Shown here: one piece after another, positions 1 to 7,833 of the stretch | Layout: each line of letters begins with the position of its first letter | Numbering within the stretch: position 1 is the first letter of the stretch | Source: Bdellovibrionales bacterium | Lineage (GTDB): Bacteria > Bdellovibrionota > Bdellovibrionia > Bdellovibrionales > JAMPXM01 | NCBI GenBank assembly: GCA_043739185.1 | Contig: JAYUEN010000272.1 | Coordinates: forward strand, 1-14,236 | DNA: 14,236 nt | Direction of reading: 5' to 3' | Made by a program: the position numbers and the translations under genes | Notes under the pieces: model-generated | What the model saw: only the letters and a program-made list of their open reading frames with translations | Databases searched by the model: none | What the model was told of the DNA's origin: nothing

Positions 1-49
1 TTAGTTTTGGAGGCGCACGGCGTTCAATACGCCGCGCCTCCAAAACTAA
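1..49. repeat. Inverted repeat (16-bp perfect arms plus 5-bp inner stem) overlapping the pyk stop codon; terminator-like or REP-like hairpin
   Basis: 1-16 TTAGTTTTGGAGGCGC is the exact reverse complement of 34-49; inner GGCGT (19-23) pairs with ACGCC (29-33), 2-nt bulge, 5-nt loop. No U-tract visible after the stem, and the window edge truncates the context. Confidence 0.75.
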
Positions 50-1530
50 GCAGGTACATTCCGGCATCTCAGAGGTAATTCATCTTCATTATTACGATGC
101 AGATCTTCCCTGCCGACTACATAAACTCTGAGGGCATTGGTTTTTCCGCCTTCTAAGACCGGAACGCCGAGAGTTAAAATGACACGGTCACCGGTTTTAA
201 CCAGGCCATATTCTAAAAGCATTTTTTCAATTTGTTTCATGGCCTCATCAGAAGATTTATAGGGTTTAATTTCAAATGTTTGAATACCCCAAACTAATTC
301 AAGGCGATTGAGCGTTGGCAAAATATGAGTAACCGCTATGATCCGAGCTTTTGGTCTGAAGCTTGAAATAATTTGGGCTGTTCTGCCCGTAGTAGTTAAA
401 CAAACAATTGCGCTGGCTCCTAATTTCAAAGCGGACAAACAACTGCTCGCCCCAATGGCTTCAGCTGCATCAAAGTATTCCGCACCCATACTCATATTGT
501 AGAAATAGGTACCGGTGCGCTCGACTTCCATAATAATTTCTTGCATGGTTCGAACACATTGAAAGGGATATTTGCCACTCGCACTTTCAGCTGAAAGCAT
601 AAGGGCATCAGAGCCATCTAAAACGGCATTTGCTATATCGGTAATTTCAGCTCGCGTCGGGCGTGGGTTCTCAACCATGCTATCTAACATTTGCGTTGCG
701 GTGATGACTGGCTTACCCATTTTATTTGCCAGACTCACAATTTTCTTTTGGATTCCGGGAAGCAAACTCTGCCCTACTTCTACGGCTAAATCTCCGCGTG
801 CGACCATGACAGCATCGCTTAAGCGAATGATTTCTTCTAGGTTTTCGATTGCCTCTAACATTTCAATTTTAGCGACAATCCTGGTGGCGAGACCCTTCTT
901 TAAAATTATTTCACGAAGCCTTTCAATGTCGGCAGCTTTTCGCACAAAACTAAGAGCAATATAATCGACATTATTTTGAAGGCCAAATTCGAGATCGATT
1001 AAGTCTTTTTCGGTCAGGCATTCAACCGGCAAAAAAGCGCCAGGAATATTCATTCCTTTTCGATCTTTTAAAATTCCTCCGTAGATGACGGTGCATTCTA
1101 CGTCCTCTTTTGAAACTTTCTCGACTCGCAGTTCAAGCAATCCATCATCAATGAGTATTTTCGTGCCGACCTTGCAAGAGTGTGTGATTTCTTTAAAGTC
1201 AGATGGAATAATATTACCTTCACCTAATACATTCTTGGTCGTAATGATGACACGATCGCCTTCAGAGACTTTAATAGAGCCTGTTTTAAAGCGTCCAATG
1301 CGAATTTTAGGCCCCTGAAGATCTTGCAAGATAGTCAAGGGAGCCCTTAGTTCTTCAGACAAAGATCTTAAATTCTCAATTACGCTCAAGTGATCCTCAT
1401 GAGTGCCGTGAGAAAAATTTAAGCGCGCGACATTCATTCCGGACAAGATGAGCGCCTTTAAATTTTCACGAGAATTCGTAGCGGGGCCTATAGTGGCCAC
1501 AATTTTAGTACGTCGGTCAGCAAGCATCAT
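46..1530 (-). CDS. pyk: Pyruvate kinase
   Basis: 494 aa with RRTKIVATIGP, GMNVARLNFSHG, DLQGPKIR, AKIE, MVARGDLAVE, ATQMLDSM, PTRAE and DGSDALMLSAESASGKYP motifs. Tandem ATGs at 1530 and 1527. Confidence 0.98.
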   Translation of the reverse strand: MMLADRRTKIVATIGPATNSRENLKALILSGMNVARLNFSHGTHEDHLSVIENLRSLSEELRAPLTILQDLQGPKIRIGRFKTGSIKVSEGDRVIITTKNVLGEGNIIPSDFKEITHSCKVGTKILIDDGLLELRVEKVSKEDVECTVIYGGILKDRKGMNIPGAFLPVECLTEKDLIDLEFGLQNNVDYIALSFVRKAADIERLREIILKKGLATRIVAKIEMLEAIENLEEIIRLSDAVMVARGDLAVEVGQSLLPGIQKKIVSLANKMGKPVITATQMLDSMVENPRPTRAEITDIANAVLDGSDALMLSAESASGKYPFQCVRTMQEIIMEVERTGTYFYNMSMGAEYFDAAEAIGASSCLSALKLGASAIVCLTTTGRTAQIISSFRPKARIIAVTHILPTLNRLELVWGIQTFEIKPYKSSDEAMKQIEKMLLEYGLVKTGDRVILTLGVPVLEGGKTNALRVYVVGREDLHRNNEDELPLRCRNVPA

Positions 1531-1539
1531 GGTGATTCT

Positions 1540-3216
1540 CTATGTTTTGGTGTTGGCAGCGCCCTTCATCCTTGAAAGATCCGCTAAAGTTGCTTCATGA
1601 CGGCGGTTGATATCCTCAATATTTTTCTTATGAGACTCTTCAACCTTGGCCATGCGATAATCGAGTTGAGATTTTTGTTTGTCAATTTCATCTTGATCGA
1701 ATTTATTTTGGGCTTTTAATCTACGGTCATTTTCAGATTTTATCTCTTTCATATCTTTGACGTGCTGATCGTTCATTTTTCCGATTTCATTTTCGTACTT
1801 CATTGATACTTCAGAAAGTTTCTCTTGAAATTGTCGATCATTCTCATGCGCCTGTTTATTGAAGGCCGCAAATAAACGATCTTGGTCTTCTTTGTTCTTA
1901 ATGCGAACCGCATCGAGCCTTTGGTCAAAATTTTCTTGCATGACACGAGATGAGCCCTCAAAATAGTCTCGCAGTCTGCCTTGCTCGTTTTCATTGATGT
2001 TCTTAATTTTATTCATGCGAACAGTATTCTGCATTTCATTTCTTGTAGTCTCAGATTCATGCAAGCTTTCCTTCTGCATATCGGCTTCTTGGTTTCTGGC
2101 TTTGTCTAGCCCCATGGTCTCTTTGTAATATTTATTGGTGGAGTACAAGAGATCGCTGTTTTTCTTATTGAGCTCGTCAAATTGCTTATGCGTGGTTTCG
2201 TTCACATGCTCGACGAATTCCCCGCGATTTTTTTCAGATATCTCAAGCTTCTTTTCATAATCATCAACTAAGTGGCCTTTTTCGATTTTCTTTTGGCGAT
2301 CTGCCATATAAAGTTCGCGCTTCGACTCGCCCTTGATCTTTTGATTTTCGCTCTGAAGACTTCGCACTTGATTGTCTATTCGATTGGTAATTCTGCCATC
2401 AATTCCATTGCGGGCATCTTCGAATTGGGCATCTCTGAAATCTAGGGCTTTTTTATATTTGTCTTGATCCTTGCGAATCGCATCGTCAAATTGCTGTTTT
2501 ACGACGGCATCTGAGGCTGAACGATCAGCTCTGTCGACATCAATATTGGTTTCAAAATTCTTAATAAGTCGATTTCGGTCCATTTCCTTAGCTTTGGTGA
2601 TTTGAGTAATTTGTGAGTCCTTGTTTCTTCTGAGCGTATCGTATTGATTGTGATCTTCCTCTACTTTGCGTTCGCGGTCCTCATAAACAAGCTTCATGTC
2701 TTTTTCATATTTGTCATTGAGTCGGCGTTTTATGGCATCACTGGCCTCTAGCATTTTGTCTTTGCTTTGATTGCCGGCTTGACTTAATTTTTCGTCTTTG
2801 TCTTTTAATTCAACTTCATAATTTCGAATGAGATCTTCACGCTGTCGATCTGTGATTCTTTTGATTTTGTCGTTTTCGCCAGAGTGAGATTCCTCAGCCT
2901 TTTTGATCTTGGCATCCTCATCTTGCATCGAACGTGCAAGTTGTTTTTGATGCATTTCTCTTAAGTCATCAATGTCCTTTTGATATTTCATGTCGTGGCT
3001 ACTGAGCAAATCTTTTGATTTTTCTTTTAATTCATTCAAAGTCTTGGTGTGATCAGCTTCAAGCTTTTCGATTTCTTGATTGTGCGCTTCAGTCATGCGC
3101 TTGATTTCTTGCTTATGCTTTTTTGTTTCTTCGGATTCGCGACTCGTGTAATTTTCTCGCGCTCTTTGGAGTGAATCGTCACTATTGGTTCGGTTATTTG
3201 TTGAATCTACACCCAT
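1540..3216 (-). CDS. Long, highly charged cytoplasmic coiled-coil protein with 11-residue periodicity, function unknown
   Basis: ORF open from 3231. GGAGGAG (3229-3223) lies 6 nt before the ATG at 3216, favouring a 558-aa product. K/E/D/R/Q-rich, no proline, no signal peptide or TM. Ends 9 bp before pyk. Confidence 0.85.
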   Translation of the reverse strand: MGVDSTNNRTNSDDSLQRARENYTSRESEETKKHKQEIKRMTEAHNQEIEKLEADHTKTLNELKEKSKDLLSSHDMKYQKDIDDLREMHQKQLARSMQDEDAKIKKAEESHSGENDKIKRITDRQREDLIRNYEVELKDKDEKLSQAGNQSKDKMLEASDAIKRRLNDKYEKDMKLVYEDRERKVEEDHNQYDTLRRNKDSQITQITKAKEMDRNRLIKNFETNIDVDRADRSASDAVVKQQFDDAIRKDQDKYKKALDFRDAQFEDARNGIDGRITNRIDNQVRSLQSENQKIKGESKRELYMADRQKKIEKGHLVDDYEKKLEISEKNRGEFVEHVNETTHKQFDELNKKNSDLLYSTNKYYKETMGLDKARNQEADMQKESLHESETTRNEMQNTVRMNKIKNINENEQGRLRDYFEGSSRVMQENFDQRLDAVRIKNKEDQDRLFAAFNKQAHENDRQFQEKLSEVSMKYENEIGKMNDQHVKDMKEIKSENDRRLKAQNKFDQDEIDKQKSQLDYRMAKVEESHKKNIEDINRRHEATLADLSRMKGAANTKT

Positions 3217-3350
3217 AAGCCTCTCCTCCATGAGCGGTTATGTACCGCTTTTAAAGCGGACGCCTCTTTTAAAACTATCATAATTTTGCAGGTTTTGCAG
3301 CTTGCTTTGCCTGGACTCGACCTTAAATGCAGGTTCTGGATCGCGCTTTT

Positions 3351-4103
3351 TTACTCCGAAAGTTCGCGCTTTCGAAACCAATCCTTAATACGTCGATCTT
3401 CTCGCAGCTGCTCTTCTTTGATGCGCTTCTTTCGTTCGTTTTCGAACTCGACATTTGCAATCTGCCGCTGAGTGAGTTCCTCGTGAAATTTAGCCAGTCG
3501 CTCAGTTGAGCCCGACCAATGGGCAAAAAAACCTTTAAAGTCATTTTCAAAGTCACTTTTCTTACCGGTATAAAGCCGAGACCAACGAACCACCAACTCA
3601 CTCGGCCTGATAGGGAGTGGAACACCGCTGGTCGCCGCGTGATTAGCGTCAACTGGCCCTATCCAGTTTTGCTCTCCAGCCTCAAGTCTTAAGCCAACTT
3701 TTCCCATTTTTGGAGTCAGAATCAGATCATTGTCGATGGCTAAAACTTCCATGCGATTTTCTTGATTTCGAATTAAGAAATTTCCGCCCTCTAGGGCTGC
3801 TTCGCCATATTCAGTTTGAACTTTTAAATTTCCTCTGGCGCGAATCCAAATTTGGCCAGAAACCAGCAATATTGAATTTTCAGCTTTTCGAAACACCGCT
3901 GTATTTTGATCTAAGACAATTTGAGTTTTACCGATTAAAAATTTAAACTTCTCGTCTTTTGATGTTTTAAAAGCGCAAGAAACTTTGGTTTTAAGACAAT
4001 CATCAGGTATTTGCACCACCTTTGAGGCATTACCTAAAGTTATGATTTCTTTTGCCTGAGTCTGAAAATGCAAAAGCAATAAAAAAGCAATTAGCCCTTT
4101 CAT
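3351..4103 (-). CDS. Exported protein with a FecR-like beta domain and charged C-terminal helix
   Basis: 250 aa; signal peptide MKGLIAFLLLLHFQTQA; beta-strand pattern QIVLDQNT..ILLVSGQIWI..LKVQTEYGEAALEGGNFLI..VL resembles FecR domains (recognised by eye). ATGA overlap with the upstream TPR gene at 4100-4103. Confidence 0.7.
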   Translation of the reverse strand: MKGLIAFLLLLHFQTQAKEIITLGNASKVVQIPDDCLKTKVSCAFKTSKDEKFKFLIGKTQIVLDQNTAVFRKAENSILLVSGQIWIRARGNLKVQTEYGEAALEGGNFLIRNQENRMEVLAIDNDLILTPKMGKVGLRLEAGEQNWIGPVDANHAATSGVPLPIRPSELVVRWSRLYTGKKSDFENDFKGFFAHWSGSTERLAKFHEELTQRQIANVEFENERKKRIKEEQLREDRRIKDWFRKRELSE

Positions 4104-4780
4104 AGCTCAACGCCTTTAAGATTCAGCCTCGCCTGTTCTTGAAGACGGACACTCTTAAAGTCTTTGATGAGGGCTTTATAAATCTCAATAGCATCTTCAA
4201 CTCGGTCTTGAGACTCAAATATCTTCGCTAGGCGCAACATGGCATAGCCTGTGAGTTCATTTGCCGGATAAAGCGTAAGCATATCATCAATCGAAGTAAT
4301 GCAGCTCTCAAAATCTTGAGCCTGGTACAGCCCTTCAATCAGAAGAAAGTAAGCCTCAACTGCGTGGGCTGAATTCGGATAATCTTCGATTAAATTTCTA
4401 AGCAGCTTGTTGGAGTCGAAATACTCCTTATTTTCAAAGGATTTTTTAGCTTTTACCAAAAGCGAAGAGGCCCTTTCGATATCGAGGTGATCAGAAAGCG
4501 GCACTTTCACGACGCTAGCCAAATTTCTAAGTTGATAATTGGCCCTGGGATCATTTTTGATTTCATCCGGCAAAATAATAGCCAGATTTTGGCGATAATC
4601 TTCTAGTTCAAAATGCGCTAGCATGGTTTTAAGTTCTTGACTCTTAAGTTCCCACTTTAATTTTTCATTTTGGACCTTGAGTTGCGGAACACTATTCGAT
4701 TGAGTCTGTATAAAAATATAAAGGTAAAAAAAACCCATCACTAAAACGATTGAAAAAAATGCAAGCACTGAACTTTTCAT
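4100..4780 (-). CDS. Membrane-anchored coiled-coil plus TPR protein (CpoB/YbgF- or BamD-like TPR region)
   Basis: N-terminal hydrophobic anchor, short coiled coil, then TPR helices (LIEDYPNS..AVEAYFLL; LTLYPANELTGYAMLRLAKIF; AIEIYKALIKDF). Start is ATG 4780 or GTG 4783. Confidence 0.85.
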   Translation of the reverse strand: MKSSVLAFFSIVLVMGFFYLYIFIQTQSNSVPQLKVQNEKLKWELKSQELKTMLAHFELEDYRQNLAIILPDEIKNDPRANYQLRNLASVVKVPLSDHLDIERASSLLVKAKKSFENKEYFDSNKLLRNLIEDYPNSAHAVEAYFLLIEGLYQAQDFESCITSIDDMLTLYPANELTGYAMLRLAKIFESQDRVEDAIEIYKALIKDFKSVRLQEQARLNLKGVEL

Positions 4781-4788
4781 CACTTTCT

Positions 4789-4816
4789 TTATCGGCTAAA
4801 TCGAAACCTGACCTTA
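4789..4816 (-). promoter_or_regulatory. Putative sigma28 (FliA) promoter of the TPR-FecR operon
   Basis: Minus strand reads TAAG-N16-GCCGATAA; perfect -10 element ending 8 nt before ATG 4780; spacer is 1 nt longer than the TAAA-N15-GCCGATAA consensus. Confidence 0.6.
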
Positions 4817-4886
4817 GGTGTCTCGTATTTTTAGCCAGCAAGTCCTTCGTCCAGCACTTTTCTGTGTCCAAATTGCTTCACTTCAA

Positions 4887-4901
4887 TATCAATTTGAGAC
4901 A
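4887..4901. promoter_or_regulatory. Shared 15-mer TATCAATTTGAGACA, copy 1 (putative regulator site)
   Basis: Identical to 11431-11445; both are in divergent intergenic regions. Confidence 0.55.
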
Positions 4902-4993
4902 TTACTCAAAGTTGAATTTGTGAAATCTTGATATTTGAAATTTTCGCCTAATCTTTTGGCAGCATTTACAAGGCTGGATGTCATAGAATTCCT

Positions 4994-5020
4994 GAGCCTT
5001 TGCGGGGCTTTCTTTTTTTT
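4994..5020 (+). terminator. Intrinsic terminator with no annotated gene upstream on this strand
   Basis: GAGCCTT-TGC-GGGGCTT stem (with G-U pairs) followed by TCTTTTTTTT. Confidence 0.6.
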
Positions 5021-5063
5021 CACCAGAAAAAATTTAAATTATAAAAAAGTTTTTCAAAAATCC

Positions 5064-5093
5064 TTGACGAAAAAATGACCAAAGCAATACATT
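5064..5093 (+). promoter_or_regulatory. Putative sigma70 promoter of the HU gene
   Basis: TTGACG-N18-TACATT preceded by A/T tracts (about 5027-5060, UP-element-like). Confidence 0.55.
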
Positions 5094-5162
5094 CAGCCCT
5101 CACTTAAATAGAAAATAAATCACGAATGATGAACTTCGAGTTTTAAGTGCCTGGAGTGGCAA

Positions 5163-5438
5163 ATGAACAAAGCTGATTTAGTTGATCGAGTAGCTAAAAA
5201 AACCTTACTTACTAAGCAGCAAAGCGAACAGGTTCTTGATGCCGCCCTTGAAATCATTAGTCGCGCAGTCTCAAAGGGTGATGAAGTAAAGTTAGTAGGT
5301 TTTGGAACCTTCGGAGCCATGAAAAGAAAATCACGTGAAGGGCGCAACCCAAAAACCGGTACAAAACTATTAATCCCTGCCCAAACGGTACCGAAATTTA
5401 AGCCTGGCAAGGATTTTCGTAGTTTACTTAAAAAGTAA
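5163..5438 (+). CDS. hup: Histone-like DNA-binding protein HU
   Basis: 91 aa: MNKADLVDRVA..GDEVKLVGFGTF..REGRNPKTG..IPAQTVPKFKPGK; GGAG RBS at 5153-5156. Confidence 0.96.
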   Translation: MNKADLVDRVAKKTLLTKQQSEQVLDAALEIISRAVSKGDEVKLVGFGTFGAMKRKSREGRNPKTGTKLLIPAQTVPKFKPGKDFRSLLKK

Positions 5439-5460
5439 AGATCTGGGCATTCCTTCCTAG

Positions 5461-7833
5461 TTAGTTTAAAACCTTCCGAACCGACAAAATCGCTGCTCTT
5501 TTGCGAATTTTTTCAAATTCTTTATAGAGATCTTGCTCTATTTTGCCTTCAATTGGCTTTCTCGTTTTTATACTTCGATCTAAATCTTCGGCATTTTTGA
5601 GGAGATTGTCTTTCAGATCAATAAGATCAAATAATTCATCTGGATAGGCGTAATTATTTCGATTCGAATCGTTTAACGAGGTAACAAGGGCACTAAGCGA
5701 GGACTTAATACTCTGCCTGAACCCCATATAAAAACCATTCCAATCGCGATTTTGAGATTGAGCAAGGCGTGCTGACTCGAACAGCCTTTTGAGTAAGGTT
5801 TCTAAAGATTTGGCTCCATAAAAAAGGGCCTTTTTCTCTTTTTGTTGCTCATATGAAACTTGTTTTAAATGCGCTTCAATTTTTCTGTTGAAATCTTCTT
5901 CTTTTACCGAAAGTACTCTGAGCTTTTTTAGATCGCCAATTTCAGCTTCAATATTATAGCGTCCGGGGCTCAGACCAGTTAAATCAAGCTCAATGCCACG
6001 ATTCGACCTTCTTACAATCTTATATTCTTTATAAAAACTTGGGAAAGTTAAAATGTCGCCAGTACGCGCCGATATATATACTAAAATAACTGTTCCGATG
6101 GGTCCGTTGGTTAATAAAGTGGCCTTTGAATTGCGACTGAATCCCCTTAAATCGATATCTACAAAACTTGCTTTCTGAAGAATTCCCCTTTGGGCATCGG
6201 CTTGCGTATTAGCTGGCGGCTGCGGAACCCCTGTGTCCGGAAGTTTTTGATTTGCTCCACTTTCAAGCTGATTCTCAATTTTAACTTTCAAATTCGGATC
6301 TTGAGCGGCGGTTTCCTGAGCTTGAGTTGGCGGAGGCGTCTGCGGAGGAAGGGCCACCGGTGGATTCGGAATTTTGCCCTCCGACAATTGCTCATTTGAG
6401 GACTTTGGAAACAGCTTTTGTGTCAATTTTTCTATAGCGCTATTTTCTCCCAGCAAAGCATTTCGATAGGTGAACAATCCCGTTAGTAGCAGCGCCAATA
6501 TCGCAAAAATTGAAAACAACATCATCGCCGGAGAGGTCGGCCGCCTCCCCTTTCTGCGCTCACTTCGAAGCTCCTGATGGCTTTCATTTGCTCTGTCGAC
6601 TTTCGCAGTTTGCGCAGTCTCAGAATCCTGAGATTCATTTGAAGTTTCTTTCGCGGTTTTTTTAAGTTTTTTAAAGCTTGAAAAAAAAGAGGACTTTTCA
6701 GCTTTGTCTTTCTTGCTGGAGATTTTGGTTTCACCAGTCTTTTCGATAAAGCCTTTTTCTAGAGGATTTTTCTCGGTCGCATGCCTTTCAATTTTCTTAT
6801 CAAATATTGGCGGCTCAATTTTCTTTTCAGGTCTGCGAATGACTTGGGTGGCTTCCTCTAATTTTTCGAGCTCCTCTCGTCTTGCCGCTTGCTGAATCTT
6901 ATCAGTCTTTAAGTCTACTTTGCCGTCTTTTTTTACTAAATCTTTTGGCTCAGTTTTATCGCGGGCTGACTCTTCAGAGTGAAGTGGTTTATTCGGACTC
7001 TGAAAGTCTCCGCTAAAAATATTTCGCAAAGAATCTTGGCTGAAATTAATTTCAGAAGGAGTTCCTGCCGCAGCTTTTGGCGCCTCGGGCTTTTTTAGAT
7101 TCTCAGGCGGTGGAGTCTCAGAATCATCTAATAAGACAATTGCACTTAAATCTATATCTCGATTATTAGGAGGATGAGCTTCAGAAGCTCCATTTATATC
7201 AGCTGAAGGCTTTGCGCTTGAACTTTTCGCAGGCTCAATTAAGGGCTCGACATAATCAGGATCTTCCGTTTCATTTTGATAATAGGTTTGATCTTTTTTT
7301 AAAACTTGAACCGATTTCAAAATTTCTTCTGACGATACCTTAAGCGTTCGATCATTAGAGTCTTGAATTTCTGGCAAGGGCACATTTTGATCTACAAAGG
7401 AATTCTCACTCAAGTTTCGCATTCGATCAAATTCGGGTATGAAGCCAATTCGAATCCATTTATCAAAACCCTTTTTCCAGATATAGTCGGTATAATCAAG
7501 TTTACCGTCTGCTATTTGCTTAAGTACTTCATCAGAAGAATAAGGTCCCTCTTGCAAATACTTGTCAGGTCCAAAATCTTTGGTTTTTCGTAAAATTACC
7601 CAAGGATGATTGAGATAGGAGTCGACTTTGCTGCGACTCTCATCAGCGGTTTTGAGCTCGTCAAAAATTATCTTGAATTCACCAACTTCATCAAAGCTCT
7701 TCCAGAGGCTGCCGCCTTCTTGAAAAACCAGATCGACTAATACGTACTTTCGCTGCCTGATAGATTCAATAACGTCTGCGGTCTCAAACGGACCACTCGC
7801 TTTGCTATCAATAGACACATACCATCTTGGCAT
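5461..7833 (-). CDS. Bitopic membrane protein with tandem N-terminal GYF_2 (DUF4339) domains
   Basis: 790 aa; two W..GP[FY]..(VF/IW)xxG..W modules (WYVSIDSKASGPFE..LVFQEGGSLW; QEGPYSSDEV..YIWKKGFDKW), long low-complexity linker, basic RRKGRR then one TM helix (MMLFSIFAILALLLTGLFTY), Pro/Gln-rich linker and a C-terminal folded region. Confidence 0.85.
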   Translation of the reverse strand: MPRWYVSIDSKASGPFETADVIESIRQRKYVLVDLVFQEGGSLWKSFDEVGEFKIIFDELKTADESRSKVDSYLNHPWVILRKTKDFGPDKYLQEGPYSSDEVLKQIADGKLDYTDYIWKKGFDKWIRIGFIPEFDRMRNLSENSFVDQNVPLPEIQDSNDRTLKVSSEEILKSVQVLKKDQTYYQNETEDPDYVEPLIEPAKSSSAKPSADINGASEAHPPNNRDIDLSAIVLLDDSETPPPENLKKPEAPKAAAGTPSEINFSQDSLRNIFSGDFQSPNKPLHSEESARDKTEPKDLVKKDGKVDLKTDKIQQAARREELEKLEEATQVIRRPEKKIEPPIFDKKIERHATEKNPLEKGFIEKTGETKISSKKDKAEKSSFFSSFKKLKKTAKETSNESQDSETAQTAKVDRANESHQELRSERRKGRRPTSPAMMLFSIFAILALLLTGLFTYRNALLGENSAIEKLTQKLFPKSSNEQLSEGKIPNPPVALPPQTPPPTQAQETAAQDPNLKVKIENQLESGANQKLPDTGVPQPPANTQADAQRGILQKASFVDIDLRGFSRNSKATLLTNGPIGTVILVYISARTGDILTFPSFYKEYKIVRRSNRGIELDLTGLSPGRYNIEAEIGDLKKLRVLSVKEEDFNRKIEAHLKQVSYEQQKEKKALFYGAKSLETLLKRLFESARLAQSQNRDWNGFYMGFRQSIKSSLSALVTSLNDSNRNNYAYPDELFDLIDLKDNLLKNAEDLDRSIKTRKPIEGKIEQDLYKEFEKIRKRAAILSVRKVLN

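Noticed and set aside
572..1318. + strand ORFs 572-964 and 1085-1318
   Set aside because: Antisense shadows of pyk with no recognisable protein features.
1800..3946. Short ORFs 1800-1994, 3286-3471, 3323-3652, 3327-3509, 3710-3946
   Set aside because: Out-of-frame or antisense overlaps of better-supported genes.
5120..5410. 96-aa minus-strand ORF
   Set aside because: Antisense shadow of the conserved HU gene.
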